DNA of 64,000 bases. Source: a virus. How positions within the stretch are numbered: position 1 is the stretch's first letter; each line of letters begins with the position of its first letter. The translations under genes were made by a program, and so were the position numbers. Positions 1 through 9,051 of the stretch are shown in pieces. Below the pieces are notes generated by a model. That model did not search any database, was not told where the DNA came from, and saw only the letters and a program-made list of their open reading frames with translations. The stretch covers positions 1 to 64,000 of the IMG/VR virus record IMGVR_UViG_3300048686_000449; one strand, 5' to 3'.

Positions 1-1106
1 GCAGACTTCTTCCGTTCAAACTCCTGAGCCAAGAGCGCAATGTAATCGCGATTCTGTTCCATAAACTTCTGGAAGAGTTCGTTTCGCGTCTCAACAGGAA
101 TACTCTGATGATAATAGTTAGATGTGCTATAGTAGGTCTTCAAGACCTGGAGCGTCTCCTTCCATGGCACCACGATCTGTTTCAGATTCGGCGTCGGCAA
201 CGTCACATATTCCAGATCAAATGAGTCCTGACTCAACAAACGAGACTGCTGCTCACGATAATGTTCATCGGTACGCACACGAGGTTCACGTTCTTCTTTG
301 TCTTCCTGTTCTTTTGAAGAATTCTGCGCAGCATCGTGGTCATGTTTTGTTTCGTTTGCGCCCAATCCTTCTTCGTCAAGAGAAGATACCTGCTTCTTCT
401 TTTGTTTGTCAGATTCGTGTTCTCCTGCGTCGCTGTCGTCAAAGTCCATAGAAGACAACGTATCGCCCATCTCAGACCCATCCCCCTCGCCTTCCATTTC
501 ATCTGAATCCAGATCCATATCACTCAAATCTGAGTCAGGCTGTTCTTCCATCTTATCTTTTTCATATTCGTACAAGTCTTTCGCCAGAGCCTCAACATCA
601 TCCCAAGTCTCCAAGGCTTCCATGCGTGTAACATAAGGGAGTTCTTCGGGACTAAAGCGACATTCTAGCAGATTGCCACCCTTCGCTAAGAGGTTCATTC
701 GATCAATCAACGGATACTCAGAGACATTTTTTCCTTCGACGCCAAAGAAGTTGTCTTTCCGCAGCTGTTGATACGCATGATTGAAGGACAATGTCAAGCC
801 AGGGAACTTGCGCTTCATCTTCTTCTCGATGCGCGCATCCTCCAAGACATTGAGGAAATACTTGAACGTGCCCTTCTGATCTTTGAGAGCCTCGTGCCAA
901 CCTTCATCTGGGGTATAGAGCGCATGACCGACTTCATGACCCATCAACAAATCATACAGTGCACCGTTCATATTTTTCCAGATCGGACAGATCAACGTCC
1001 GATTCTTGAGGTCAAAGTATGCAGTAGTGGTTTTGCGATGCTCGACCCGAATATTTTCTTCGGCGAGCAATTTGGCGAGTTGAGATTTTGATTCAGCAGT
1101 AAACAT
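1..1106 (-). CDS. Putative HExxH metallopeptidase (T4-like phage peptidase/VWA-associated family), runs off the window start
   Basis: Absent from the ORF track (no stop in window). Manual translation from ATG 1106: MFTAESKSQLAKLLAEENIRVEHRK...YDLLMGHEVGHALYTP...LNVLEDARIEK, then an acidic linker. AGGAG RBS upstream. Confidence 0.75.
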   Translation of the reverse strand, partial: MFTAESKSQLAKLLAEENIRVEHRKTTTAYFDLKNRTLICPIWKNMNGALYDLLMGHEVGHALYTPDEGWHEALKDQKGTFKYFLNVLEDARIEKKMKRKFPGLTLSFNHAYQQLRKDNFFGVEGKNVSEYPLIDRMNLLAKGGNLLECRFSPEELPYVTRMEALETWDDVEALAKDLYEYEKDKMEEQPDSDLSDMDLDSDEMEGEGDGSEMGDTLSSMDFDDSDAGEHESDKQKKKQVSSLDEEGLGANETKHDHDAAQNSSKEQEDKEEREPRVRTDEHYREQQSRLLSQDSFDLEYVTLPTPNLKQIVVPWKETLQVLKTYYSTSNYYHQSIPVETRNELFQKFMEQNRDYIALLAQEFERKKS

Positions 1107-1136
1107 AGTCGGTCGCTCCTTTCATTCTATAAAGAT

Positions 1137-1217
1137 ATTCTACCTTAGTCTTACGAAAAAGTCAAGAAAAATCTTCCATTTTGAAGAAAATAATTTCCTT
1201 GTCTTTTCAAGAACTTA
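1137..1217 (-). promoter_or_regulatory. Sigma70-type early promoter with upstream IHF-like box
   Basis: Minus strand TTGACT-N17-TAGAAT (1160-1165 / 1137-1142); TTTCAAGAACTTA at 1205-1217. Confidence 0.7.
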
Positions 1218-1451
1218 GGCACGTCGTGCGCGTCGTGTGATGCGAATGGATTGACGTTGAACAGGAGCAGCTTGTGGAAGGCGATATTCAAATCGATACA
1301 ATCCATCGATCATCGTATAGCGATATTCCACTCGTTCAAGCCAGACACGATAGGTTCCATGAGGAACATTCACGGCGACTGGATACCACGCGAACCACGA
1401 AATCCACTCAGAACATTCTGAAATACGCACGGGTGACTTCAATCGTCTCAT
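1215..1451 (-). CDS. Hypothetical protein
   Basis: ORF on coding strand; WISWFAWYPV...VWLERV motif is common in small phage proteins. Confidence 0.6.
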   Translation of the reverse strand: MRRLKSPVRISECSEWISWFAWYPVAVNVPHGTYRVWLERVEYRYTMIDGLYRFEYRLPQAAPVQRQSIRITRRARRA

Positions 1452-1802
1452 ACCGATTCCTCTTCTGTGTTATACGACGTGTGTCGGGCAACGGGCAGTC
1501 ACATACCATTGCATCGCGACCACAATCAGGACAATCTGTGGGGATAGTACGCGGAGTGCAATTTCCATCACACTCATGACGATCATGCCCACAACTCCAA
1601 TGCCGACCTTCGTAACTCATTCTAGATCTCCATCAATGCCCAAATAAGAAGACTAAAAAAGACTACAAATCCTATACTCCGCAACCATCCAAGCTCACCG
1701 ACCAACGATAACAATATTCCATAACAAACCAAGAAGATGACCAATACAAACACTGAAAGAATATAAAATTCCGCAATGTTTCGTTTAGTTGGCATTTTCA
1801 TC

Positions 1803-2315
1803 TTACGATGTTCTCCGCTGAATCACCATCGCACCATCTCGCTGAATGATTCGCAAATCAGGATGCGGCAGTGACGGTTGATCACCATTTCGGAGTTCTG
1901 CCCATAACTGTCCTTCATTGTTGACACCCGGATGGAAACCAGCCTGGAACATTGGAACATCTTCCCAGTCAGGAGATTCCGTTTCTTTCTGAAGCGAACA
2001 CAACACAGTCTCAGGATATTCTGAAGAGATCGTTGGTGTGTGGTCTTTCTTTTGTTGCCACGAATCTAAGAGACGACAGACATCTCTCAGTTGATTCGCC
2101 ACATCATAAATGGCTTCCAACTCGTTGGCATCAATCCGAATCTGCTGAGTGCCATCTTTCGGAGGATCATCAGGAAACTGTTGAATCACCAGAAACGGTC
2201 CCGCTCCGTCATCCTCAATGCGAATCGTCGTCGCCTGTTCACTAAAGATCGCCTCACCTTTCGGCAAGACCACCATGGATGTAATAATTGTCTGATACTC
2301 AGGTGTGCTCATCAT
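1803..2315 (-). CDS. Hypothetical protein
   Basis: ORF with AGGAG RBS, downstream of a TTGACT-N17-TAGAAT promoter (2345-2373). Confidence 0.65.
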   Translation of the reverse strand: MMSTPEYQTIITSMVVLPKGEAIFSEQATTIRIEDDGAGPFLVIQQFPDDPPKDGTQQIRIDANELEAIYDVANQLRDVCRLLDSWQQKKDHTPTISSEYPETVLCSLQKETESPDWEDVPMFQAGFHPGVNNEGQLWAELRNGDQPSLPHPDLRIIQRDGAMVIQRRTS

Positions 2316-2387
2316 CTACTCCTGTTCAATAGGTGGATAGAATCATTCTACCTTAGAATCACACAAAAGTCAATTTTTTGAAGAATA

Positions 2388-2639
2388 CTATGAATTGAGA
2401 TCTTGGCGAAGATCTAAGATGCGAAGAATGGCGTCTTCAGCAATTTGGACGGTGCCCGTTTGAAGCTCCAGAATCTCACAGAGCGCGGTGTAACAGATTT
2501 CATTTTCTTCCGCCATGGCTAAGACCGTCTTCATCACTTCTTGCGCAAGAGAGGTATGGGAAAATTCCAGCTCACGATATTGGGCTTCCAGTTCGCGAAC
2601 TCGCTGGGTTAATTGCGCCACATGGTCTTGGTCTTCCAT
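2388..2639 (-). CDS. Hypothetical coiled-coil protein
   Basis: ORF on coding strand with heptad-like pattern; CTAAATA late-type motif just upstream. Confidence 0.6.
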   Translation of the reverse strand: MEDQDHVAQLTQRVRELEAQYRELEFSHTSLAQEVMKTVLAMAEENEICYTALCEILELQTGTVQIAEDAILRILDLRQDLNS

Positions 2640-2935
2640 GAGGATATTTAGTCTCAGAACCCCGTGTTAGACTGTAGAAGATGTGTGTTGTAATAGATCG
2701 ATTCCTTGCATGACCCAGGTATGGGCTGTGAGAATTATCACGCTAATCGCTTTTGCTGCTTCCTGGGGGTACGCAATGGCTAATCCAGTCCCAACACCCA
2801 GCATAAAATTCCACATGGCTTACCTCAATGTCCAGATACGATAGAGAAGAATACCAATAATCATTCCGAGAATAAAGATTCCCGTGACCAACAGGGAGAG
2901 AGTATCATAATTAATTGGACCCATCGGCTGCTGAA

Positions 2936-3418
2936 TCATTTGAGATTCCCCTTCATCAATTGATGAAAGCGTTCGCGTGTGACCGTCTTGCGTTCGGTTT
3001 CAATCTTCTTTTCCCCCGTCAGATAGACGACCTGTCCTCTCACCAGGTGCGCCGTATAGTCCCAGGAAATCGCAGGATCGCCGTTGCCATCTTCTGTCAC
3101 CCAGACATATCCATCAGGGCTTGGTGTGCCTCCGCTGAGATTCGAGATATAAAAATTAATCGTGCCGTTAAAATCGGCGACTCGTTCTTCTCGTTCATTC
3201 ACTCGTGTCATCATCCCAGAGAGACGTTGAAGACCTTCCGCATTCGGATCACTTCGGTCTTCAATGTCGTAGGTGGTCACCCACAACGCGCCATTCGCAT
3301 CAATGCGATATTCATCCAACATCTGATTCGGTGTATCTTTCGTTTGAAAGCGAATTGAGGCACCATTCGGTTCATCAGGTAACGGATACTCACAGCGAAT
3401 CCAATCAAACATTCCCAT
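2936..3418 (-). CDS. Conserved phage hypothetical protein (MGMFDxIxC...FQTKD type)
   Basis: Start moved to MGMFDW after an AAGGA RBS; the N-terminal motif is common in phage proteins. Confidence 0.65.
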   Translation of the reverse strand: MGMFDWIRCEYPLPDEPNGASIRFQTKDTPNQMLDEYRIDANGALWVTTYDIEDRSDPNAEGLQRLSGMMTRVNEREERVADFNGTINFYISNLSGGTPSPDGYVWVTEDGNGDPAISWDYTAHLVRGQVVYLTGEKKIETERKTVTRERFHQLMKGNLK

Positions 3419-3432
3419 CTTCTCATCCTTTC

Positions 3433-3891
3433 TTATACAAGAATCGTATCGCCACAGATTTGACATCCACTTGAGACTCTAGCATCTCCAGAGACCCAAG
3501 CCTTCCCAAAGACCCAAGCATTCTCATAGACCCGAGCATATCCAGAGACCTTAGCATTTCCAGAGACCTGAGCATTTTCAGAGACCTTAGCATTCCCAAA
3601 GACCCGAGCATCTCCATAGACCTTAGCATTCCCAAAGACCCGAGCATCTCCATAGACCCAAGCATATCCACAGACCTCAGCATCTCCAGAGACACAAGCA
3701 TCTCCATAGACCCAAGCATTTCCAAAGACCAGAGCATGTCCAGAGACCTGAGCATTCCCAGAGACCTGAGCATCAGGACCAACAAAGGCTGATTCTTCTA
3801 CTGTCGCCGTCTCAGCAACCCAACCGCCACCGTTCTTATGTCGGTGGGCTGGGACTGGTCCGTTCCCATCTTGAAAGTCAAACATCCCCAT
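3433..3891 (-). CDS. Hexapeptide-repeat (left-handed beta-helix-like) protein, paralog 1 (~19 hexads)
   Basis: MFDFQDGNGPVPAHRHKNGGGWVAETATVEESAFVGP followed by G[ND]Ax[VI][YSF] repeats. Confidence 0.8.
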   Translation of the reverse strand: MGMFDFQDGNGPVPAHRHKNGGGWVAETATVEESAFVGPDAQVSGNAQVSGHALVFGNAWVYGDACVSGDAEVCGYAWVYGDARVFGNAKVYGDARVFGNAKVSENAQVSGNAKVSGYARVYENAWVFGKAWVSGDARVSSGCQICGDTILV

Positions 3892-3892
3892 C

Positions 3893-4216
3893 TTAGTCTC
3901 CCTTCGTCGTAAACTGTGTGAGTTCATCCACACTCCAATAGGATTCGACAGGAACATCTTGCTGAATGGCTTGCAAGTAGGTGTCGAGTCCTTCGAGGGC
4001 ATCATTCACCGATTCCGCCAATCGATCATAATCATTCTCGCGGAGTTCATCTGCTCCCTCATCAATCACCACCATGATCGCCCTCCAGCGCATCCGTATA
4101 GCAAAGCTCGCCAGTTCGGGTTGGCAGAGGAATTCCTTCTTGGTATCATCCACTAAGATCTCTACTTCTGCTAAGAGTTGGTTAACATATTGCTGCGATT
4201 CTTCTGGTGATAGCAT
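3893..4216 (-). CDS. Hypothetical protein
   Basis: ORF with RBS, abutting the next gene. Confidence 0.6.
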   Translation of the reverse strand: MLSPEESQQYVNQLLAEVEILVDDTKKEFLCQPELASFAIRMRWRAIMVVIDEGADELRENDYDRLAESVNDALEGLDTYLQAIQQDVPVESYWSVDELTQFTTKGD

Positions 4217-4531
4217 ACTATTCCCCTTTACAAGACATACCCCGATACAAGCGCCCCCACTCCAACACAGACGATCAAGAGAATCAAGAACAGTGTCACG
4301 GTATCTTCACTCAGATCTCACTCAGAGGGTGTCATATCAATCTCCTACATATACCGTTCCCAGTTTGACATGTTATCATGGGTCTCTTCTCCTTTTCTTC
4401 TGTCTTAGAATACCATCACGCCCAAAGTCAGTAGGGTGATCACTGTGCCTAACACGATTCCGATAGCGATATCAGAGATCATGGAATCTGTATAGCGTGT
4501 ATTGGGTCGAATGCGGTGCATCTAGTGCTCC

Positions 4532-4774
4532 TTATGCCTGATAGGGTAATGCGGTGACATCCTGAATCATTTCGTAATCATCATTTTCTTGATTTCCGAA
4601 GTAGATACAGAGAGTGACTCCATCCAGGATATAGAGGACGTCATCCTGTTCTGCGTAAAATGGAACAGGAGAAGTGCATCCTGCGAATCCATACCACATC
4701 GATTTGTCAAATGGCTTCCAATTCAGGTTAGCCAGGAATTCTCTGGTCACGGTAGGTAATGTCTGAGTCATCAT
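4532..4774 (-). CDS. Hypothetical protein
   Basis: Likely start at MMTQTL after AAGGAG; directly downstream of promoter repeat 1. Confidence 0.6.
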   Translation of the reverse strand: MMTQTLPTVTREFLANLNWKPFDKSMWYGFAGCTSPVPFYAEQDDVLYILDGVTLCIYFGNQENDDYEMIQDVTALPYQA

Positions 4775-4786
4775 GGTCTTTTCTCC

Positions 4787-4904
4787 TTGGTTGGTGTTCG
4801 TTCTCATCATCACAAGAGAGATTGTACCCTATTCCTGGTAGAAAGTCAACAGGAAAATACAGATTTCAACATTAAAATTCTTTGCTTGTAATATCAACAA
4901 CTTA
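4787..4904 (-). repeat. Early promoter cassette repeat, copy 1
   Basis: TTGACT-N17-TACAAT plus TATCAACAACTTA (IHF consensus); near-identical to 6326-6452 and 8521-8640. Confidence 0.85.
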
Positions 4905-4915
4905 GGAGAGAAAGA

Positions 4916-4937
4916 GGGAGGGGACAACTCCCCTCCC
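4916..4937 (-). terminator. GC-rich hairpin, probable intrinsic terminator
   Basis: GGGAGGGG-acaact-CCCCTCCC inverted repeat followed by a T-rich run on the minus strand. Confidence 0.6.
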
Positions 4938-4947
4938 GTTTCCCTGG

Positions 4948-5292
4948 CTAGACTGAGGGAACCGCTGCCTGCACCGAACTCGGAGCCGTAGCAGCCGTTC
5001 TCGCGGAGGTCGCGACTGTTGCTGCCGTAGCCTGAACCTTCATAATCGTATTCAGCTTTGCCACCATTTCAGCAATATTCACCACACGAATCGTCTCAAT
5101 CGATCGATTCGTCTTGGTAATCGCAAACTGGATGCCCTCTTTGGCGCGCATCCACTGAATCATTCGCAGTGCACGCTGTTCATTACCTCCTGCCAACTGA
5201 TCACGAAACTCTGCCATGGTGAACGTCTTCCCTGTCACCAGCTGAGCCATGGCTTTCGCCACATAACTATCCTTCGACTTATTCCGTGCCAT
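4948..5292 (-). CDS. Possible winged-helix DNA-binding protein
   Basis: GGAGGAG RBS before MARNK; FTMAEFRDQL...RALRMIQWMRAKEG pattern and Ala/Thr-rich tail. Confidence 0.45.
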   Translation of the reverse strand: MARNKSKDSYVAKAMAQLVTGKTFTMAEFRDQLAGGNEQRALRMIQWMRAKEGIQFAITKTNRSIETIRVVNIAEMVAKLNTIMKVQATAATVATSARTAATAPSSVQAAVPSV

Positions 5293-5366
5293 ACTCTCCT
5301 CCATATTATAGTGTTGGACTCTCGATCTGCCCAGTCCCGCCAACAATCAAGACTGTGCCACAAACA

Positions 5367-5786
5367 TTACTTGCTCTTCTTTCGGTGTTCTTGGTACTTT
5401 CTCACATTCTCTTTTGCATCCACCCATTCCAGATTCGATGGATGAAAATTCTTATTATTGTGATCAATATGGTTCACTTGAAAATTGTTCTGAACAAGCC
5501 GCTTCACAGATTTGGGGGTCTTCTTCCAGTCTGTGCTGGTAATGCTGGAAGGTTTTGGGAAGGGGTGAAACGTTTCACACACCATTTGATGCAAAGGGAT
5601 GGTTCTCGTTTTGCCGTCAAAATAGAGGCCAACAGCAGGATATGGGCTTTTCCCAGAAACATTTATTGACAGTCGTCTCATAGACCCACTGGGTGATTTA
5701 TCGCTAAAAATATTCCCCTTCTTGTCAAGAAAATATCCGTACAGCATCTGACCTTTGAATACTGCCTGTTTCATATGAGTCTCCAT
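5367..5786 (-). CDS. HNH endonuclease
   Basis: LHQMVCETF...QVNHIDHNNKNFHPSNLEWVDAKEN, an HNH_3-type motif. Confidence 0.85.
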   Translation of the reverse strand: METHMKQAVFKGQMLYGYFLDKKGNIFSDKSPSGSMRRLSINVSGKSPYPAVGLYFDGKTRTIPLHQMVCETFHPFPKPSSITSTDWKKTPKSVKRLVQNNFQVNHIDHNNKNFHPSNLEWVDAKENVRKYQEHRKKSK

Positions 5787-5804
5787 TTTTTGGATAGAGT
5801 TGTA

Positions 5805-6110
5805 TTAGACTGTCTGCATCGCCTTCTGGACTCGCCGCTTCGCTTCCGTCAACATCTTCCGAGTAATCCCCAGATCACGAAAGTGTGGGATCGTCACCGC
5901 ATCTTGATCAAGAATCATCACTGCCGCGATTCGCCGTTCCAGCGAACTCGTCAACCGAGGAAGCACACGATCATAGAGGGCTTGCCGCTCCCGATCGTCT
6001 TCCGTTTCGAGGAAGTGATTCTTCGGTGGCATCTCATACACCCGAGGCGCACGACTCTCATCCACCCCAAATTCGTCTACTGAGAACAAATCGGTCAACG
6101 TTTGCTTCAT
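5805..6110 (-). CDS. Hypothetical protein, possible sigma region-4-like fold
   Basis: GGAGG RBS; C-terminal half resembles 8662-9051. Confidence 0.55.
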   Translation of the reverse strand: MKQTLTDLFSVDEFGVDESRAPRVYEMPPKNHFLETEDDRERQALYDRVLPRLTSSLERRIAAVMILDQDAVTIPHFRDLGITRKMLTEAKRRVQKAMQTV

Positions 6111-6118
6111 GGGTCCTC

Positions 6119-6316
6119 CTATCGGTTGGTGAGTTTATCGTAATTCAGAATCGCATAGCCTAACGAAGAACGATCGAAGTTTCGCTGAACTTTGCTGCCC
6201 TTGACACGCATCTTCGGTCTCGGAACTCCAGCGGCTCTCGCCGACTTGACGACGGTAATCCGTCCACCACGCTTCATAAACGAACTCACCAACTCATTCA
6301 CATCAATACGGGTCAT
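6119..6316 (-). CDS. Small basic hypothetical protein
   Basis: True start MTRIDV after AAGGAG; FMKRGGRITVV motif. Confidence 0.6.
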   Translation of the reverse strand: MTRIDVNELVSSFMKRGGRITVVKSARAAGVPRPKMRVKGSKVQRNFDRSSLGYAILNYDKLTNR

Positions 6317-6325
6317 TGTAGAACT

Positions 6326-6452
6326 CCTTTGGGTTAGGTTGACTGCCATTCTCATCATCACAAGAAGAATCATACCGTATTCTACCAGGAAAGTCAAGCG
6401 CAAAATACACACTAGAACATTAAAATTTTTTGCCTGTATAATCAACAACTTA
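6326..6452 (-). repeat. Early promoter cassette repeat, copy 2
   Basis: TTGACT-N17-TATGAT; AATCAACAACTTA box at 6440-6452. Confidence 0.85.
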
Positions 6453-6524
6453 CGAGACGATAGCCTCGTGCAGCTAAGAGAGATTGGAGTCGTTTCAGGG
6501 TCTTTTGATTCAGAGTCGTCGGTT

Positions 6525-6719
6525 TCATCGTATCTCCTTCTGTTGTGTACGTTCAGCCTTGTCAAGCGCCTGATAGATCTCCATCGCCAGCGCATCATTC
6601 ATATCCCCATTCTCGTTCTCACAATACGCTTGGAGACAATCCGCTGCACGTCGTAAGAGTCGCACATGATACTCTTCAATGGATTCTACATAGGTTCCGT
6701 TGGGATAATAGGGCATCAT
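6525..6719 (-). CDS. Hypothetical protein
   Basis: Member of a chain of overlapping small ORFs with GGAG RBS. Confidence 0.5.
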   Translation of the reverse strand: MMPYYPNGTYVESIEEYHVRLLRRAADCLQAYCENENGDMNDALAMEIYQALDKAERTQQKEIR

Positions 6720-6988
6720 CTGATCTCCTGCTGTTTTGTGATCAATTGGCGTGCTTCCCACCCGAGTTGATAAAACGCTGAGAGCGGTGCATGCCCACCC
6801 AGTCCTTCAGCTGACGGGCAAAGTCGTGAGAGTTTTTTGAGAATCTCCAGCATCTCTGGGACTTGAGCGATCACCTCAGCTGTGTCATCAAAGACCAGCG
6901 CAATCTTGTGTCCGTTCGTGTCATAGATCGCCATATATCCAGAATCACCACAATCTTTAGCCGCAATCCACGGTCCTACAAGGTTCAT
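6716..6988 (-). CDS. Hypothetical protein
   Basis: GPW...IAQVPEMLEIL motif is common in small phage proteins; ATGA overlap with neighbour. Confidence 0.6.
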   Translation of the reverse strand: MNLVGPWIAAKDCGDSGYMAIYDTNGHKIALVFDDTAEVIAQVPEMLEILKKLSRLCPSAEGLGGHAPLSAFYQLGWEARQLITKQQEIR

Positions 6989-7182
6989 GAGCGTATCTCC
7001 TTTATCGCCTCACACACCCATTGAGGTGTCCGTGTCTCTCGCAACCATCCCGCTAAAGGATGAAAGATAAAGAGACAGTGACACTCTCGGCAGTAACGAT
7101 AGGCTCTCTGGTTTCGTCGTTCAGGAATGCATTCCTGTATCTGATCACTGCCACAGTAGCCGCACTCAATAGGAATAAACAT
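6985..7182 (-). CDS. Zinc-ribbon protein
   Basis: CGYC...CREC. Confidence 0.6.
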   Translation of the reverse strand: MFIPIECGYCGSDQIQECIPERRNQRAYRYCRECHCLFIFHPLAGWLRETRTPQWVCEAIKEIRS

Positions 7183-7334
7183 TATGAGACTTTCTTGTTG
7201 AGCAATTCGACCGCAGTAATCAGTTTCTCCACGGTGTCATCGAGCGTATTCAATTTTAGAAACAGGGTGTTGATATCCGTATCAATGTCTTGAACACGGT
7301 CTTGGAGTGATTGAAATTCTTCATCGTGAATCAT
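7182..7334 (-). CDS. Small coiled-coil protein
   Basis: Real start MIHDEEF after GAGGAG; the upstream part of the track ORF is a frame shadow of the repeat gene. Confidence 0.55.
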   Translation of the reverse strand: MIHDEEFQSLQDRVQDIDTDINTLFLKLNTLDDTVEKLITAVELLNKKVS

Positions 7335-7350
7335 TGTATTCTCCTCGTGA

Positions 7351-7644
7351 TTAGTTGAGGACCACATCTCCGAACACCCGTGAGGTTCCAGAGACCCGAG
7401 CATTTCCAGAGACCCAAGCATCTCCAGAGACCAGAGCATTCCCATAGACCCGAGCATTTCCAGAGACCCAAGCATCTCCAGAGACCAGAGCACTAGGTCC
7501 CACAAAGGCTGATTTTTCTACTGTGGCTGTCTCAGCGATCCAACCACCACCATTCGGATGTTGATGAGCAGGAACAGGTCCGTTCCCGTCTCTAAAGTCA
7601 AAGAGTGTCTTCTTATTTGTTTTCTTCTTGCGTTTCGTCATCAT
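7351..7644 (-). CDS. Hexapeptide-repeat protein, paralog 2 (~8 hexads)
   Basis: FDFRDGNGPVPAHQHPNGGGWIAETATVEKSAFVGP plus GNARV-type repeats. Confidence 0.8.
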   Translation of the reverse strand: MMTKRKKKTNKKTLFDFRDGNGPVPAHQHPNGGGWIAETATVEKSAFVGPSALVSGDAWVSGNARVYGNALVSGDAWVSGNARVSGTSRVFGDVVLN

Positions 7645-7651
7645 TCTCTCC

Positions 7652-8512
7652 TTACCGAAAGCAGGTAATCTTCGCGAGTTTCTTCCATCCCAGTGAGTCC
7701 ATCTTCATCAAGCCAGCGAGCTTGATCACCATCCGAAGACTCAATTCACGCAACCGATCCTGCTCTTCCACGATAAAGTCCAGAATCGATTCTTCCTGGA
7801 CTTTCGTAAAGCCTTCACGACTCAACATCCCATGGTCTCGAACCACCTGCTTGATACGCACCACATAATCCCGCTTCGTCTTCATCTCCAGATCCAGATA
7901 GTGGCTACGGGAGATCATCGCTTCAAAGTGAGGCGCGAGTTTGTTCCCATTCGCTGCCATCGAGGACATGTCATAATTCGTGATGAAGATAATCGAGCCT
8001 TCAAACTCAAAGTTCCGAGGAAGTCTCTCTCCCTCTTCATCTTCCATCCGAGTCTCCGTCAACCAGGACAACCGACGGCTCTTCGTCATATCACAGGCAG
8101 TCTTCAGGATATTCAATGAGACATCATCCAAGAACACCGAATCCGCATCATCAAAGACCACGACGCAATTCGGGTCTTTGAACTCATAGAGCGTCTTATA
8201 GAGCCCAGTGGGACGCACATATCCACGAACCACATAGGGACGATAGCCTTTCGACTCCAGATCCTCGACGACCTTCATCACCCCATAGGACTTCCCAAGA
8301 CCCGCAGGACCAGAGATAATCAGTGATCGGTTCTTGCCAGTCGCCGTCGCCTCAGCCAATGTTTCCATGGCCGCAAAGCGATCGGTCAGTTTCTGGTAGA
8401 TTTCCTCTTCAGTTTCCACGATCACGGGAGCCTGGGTCATCGGCATCGTTCCCTTTCTCATCAAAAAGTTCTTGGTCTTACGGAAACCAGACTTGGGGAC
8501 ACCTCTAGGCAT
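7652..8512 (-). CDS. AAA-family P-loop ATPase
   Basis: Walker A GPAGLGKS, Walker B VVVFDD, sensor-like IIFITN. Confidence 0.85.
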   Translation of the reverse strand: MPRGVPKSGFRKTKNFLMRKGTMPMTQAPVIVETEEEIYQKLTDRFAAMETLAEATATGKNRSLIISGPAGLGKSYGVMKVVEDLESKGYRPYVVRGYVRPTGLYKTLYEFKDPNCVVVFDDADSVFLDDVSLNILKTACDMTKSRRLSWLTETRMEDEEGERLPRNFEFEGSIIFITNYDMSSMAANGNKLAPHFEAMISRSHYLDLEMKTKRDYVVRIKQVVRDHGMLSREGFTKVQEESILDFIVEEQDRLRELSLRMVIKLAGLMKMDSLGWKKLAKITCFR

Positions 8513-8520
8513 TCATCACT

Positions 8521-8640
8521 CCTTTGGTTAGATTCGTTCTCATCATCACAAGAGAGAGTGTACCGTATTCTACCAAGAAAGTCAACAGGAAAAGTGCGAA
8601 ATCAACATTAAAATTTTTTGCCTGTACCATCAATGACTTA
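8521..8640 (-). repeat. Early promoter cassette repeat, copy 3
   Basis: TTGACT-N17-TACACT; CATCAATGACTTA box at 8628-8640. Confidence 0.85.
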
Positions 8641-8661
8641 GGGAGGCGAGGAGAGGAGGAG

Positions 8662-9051
8662 TTACTGTTCCCACCCAAATGCGGCTCCAGCACGGAACAA
8701 CGCATTTAGAACCTTCTCACGACGGATTTGCAATTCGTTTGAATTCACACCTGGAAACTGTGTGGAGGTGATGAGAGGAGGACGACGGCTTGTGACGAGC
8801 ACTTCAGCAATCTGTTGATCAAGGGGATTCGTCAACAGTGATTGCACTTTAGTGAGCAATTGTGTTCGTTCTTCAGATGAGAGCGGTGCGCCAGGGCTAC
8901 GCCCATATCGCGCACCCCATAACCATAACGAGACCTTTTTTCTGTTATGTTCTCCACTGAAACGATCTAATTCTCGTGGAAAATTGAATCGCTTCCCTTG
9001 GGTGGGAGAAGTAGATTCTAGACAATACTGACGAAATGAGTAGAGTGCCAT
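8662..9051 (-). CDS. Hypothetical protein, paralog-like to 5805-6110
   Basis: Start MALYSFRQYCLE directly after a CTAAATA late motif (9057-9063). Confidence 0.55.
   Translation of the reverse strand: MALYSFRQYCLESTSPTQGKRFNFPRELDRFSGEHNRKKVSLWLWGARYGRSPGAPLSSEERTQLLTKVQSLLTNPLDQQIAEVLVTSRRPPLITSTQFPGVNSNELQIRREKVLNALFRAGAAFGWEQ

Noticed and set aside
8505-8705. Similar ORFs at 8505-8705, the 5' part of 6119-6598 and 6192-6656
   Set aside because: They are translations of the repeated promoter cassette, not genes.
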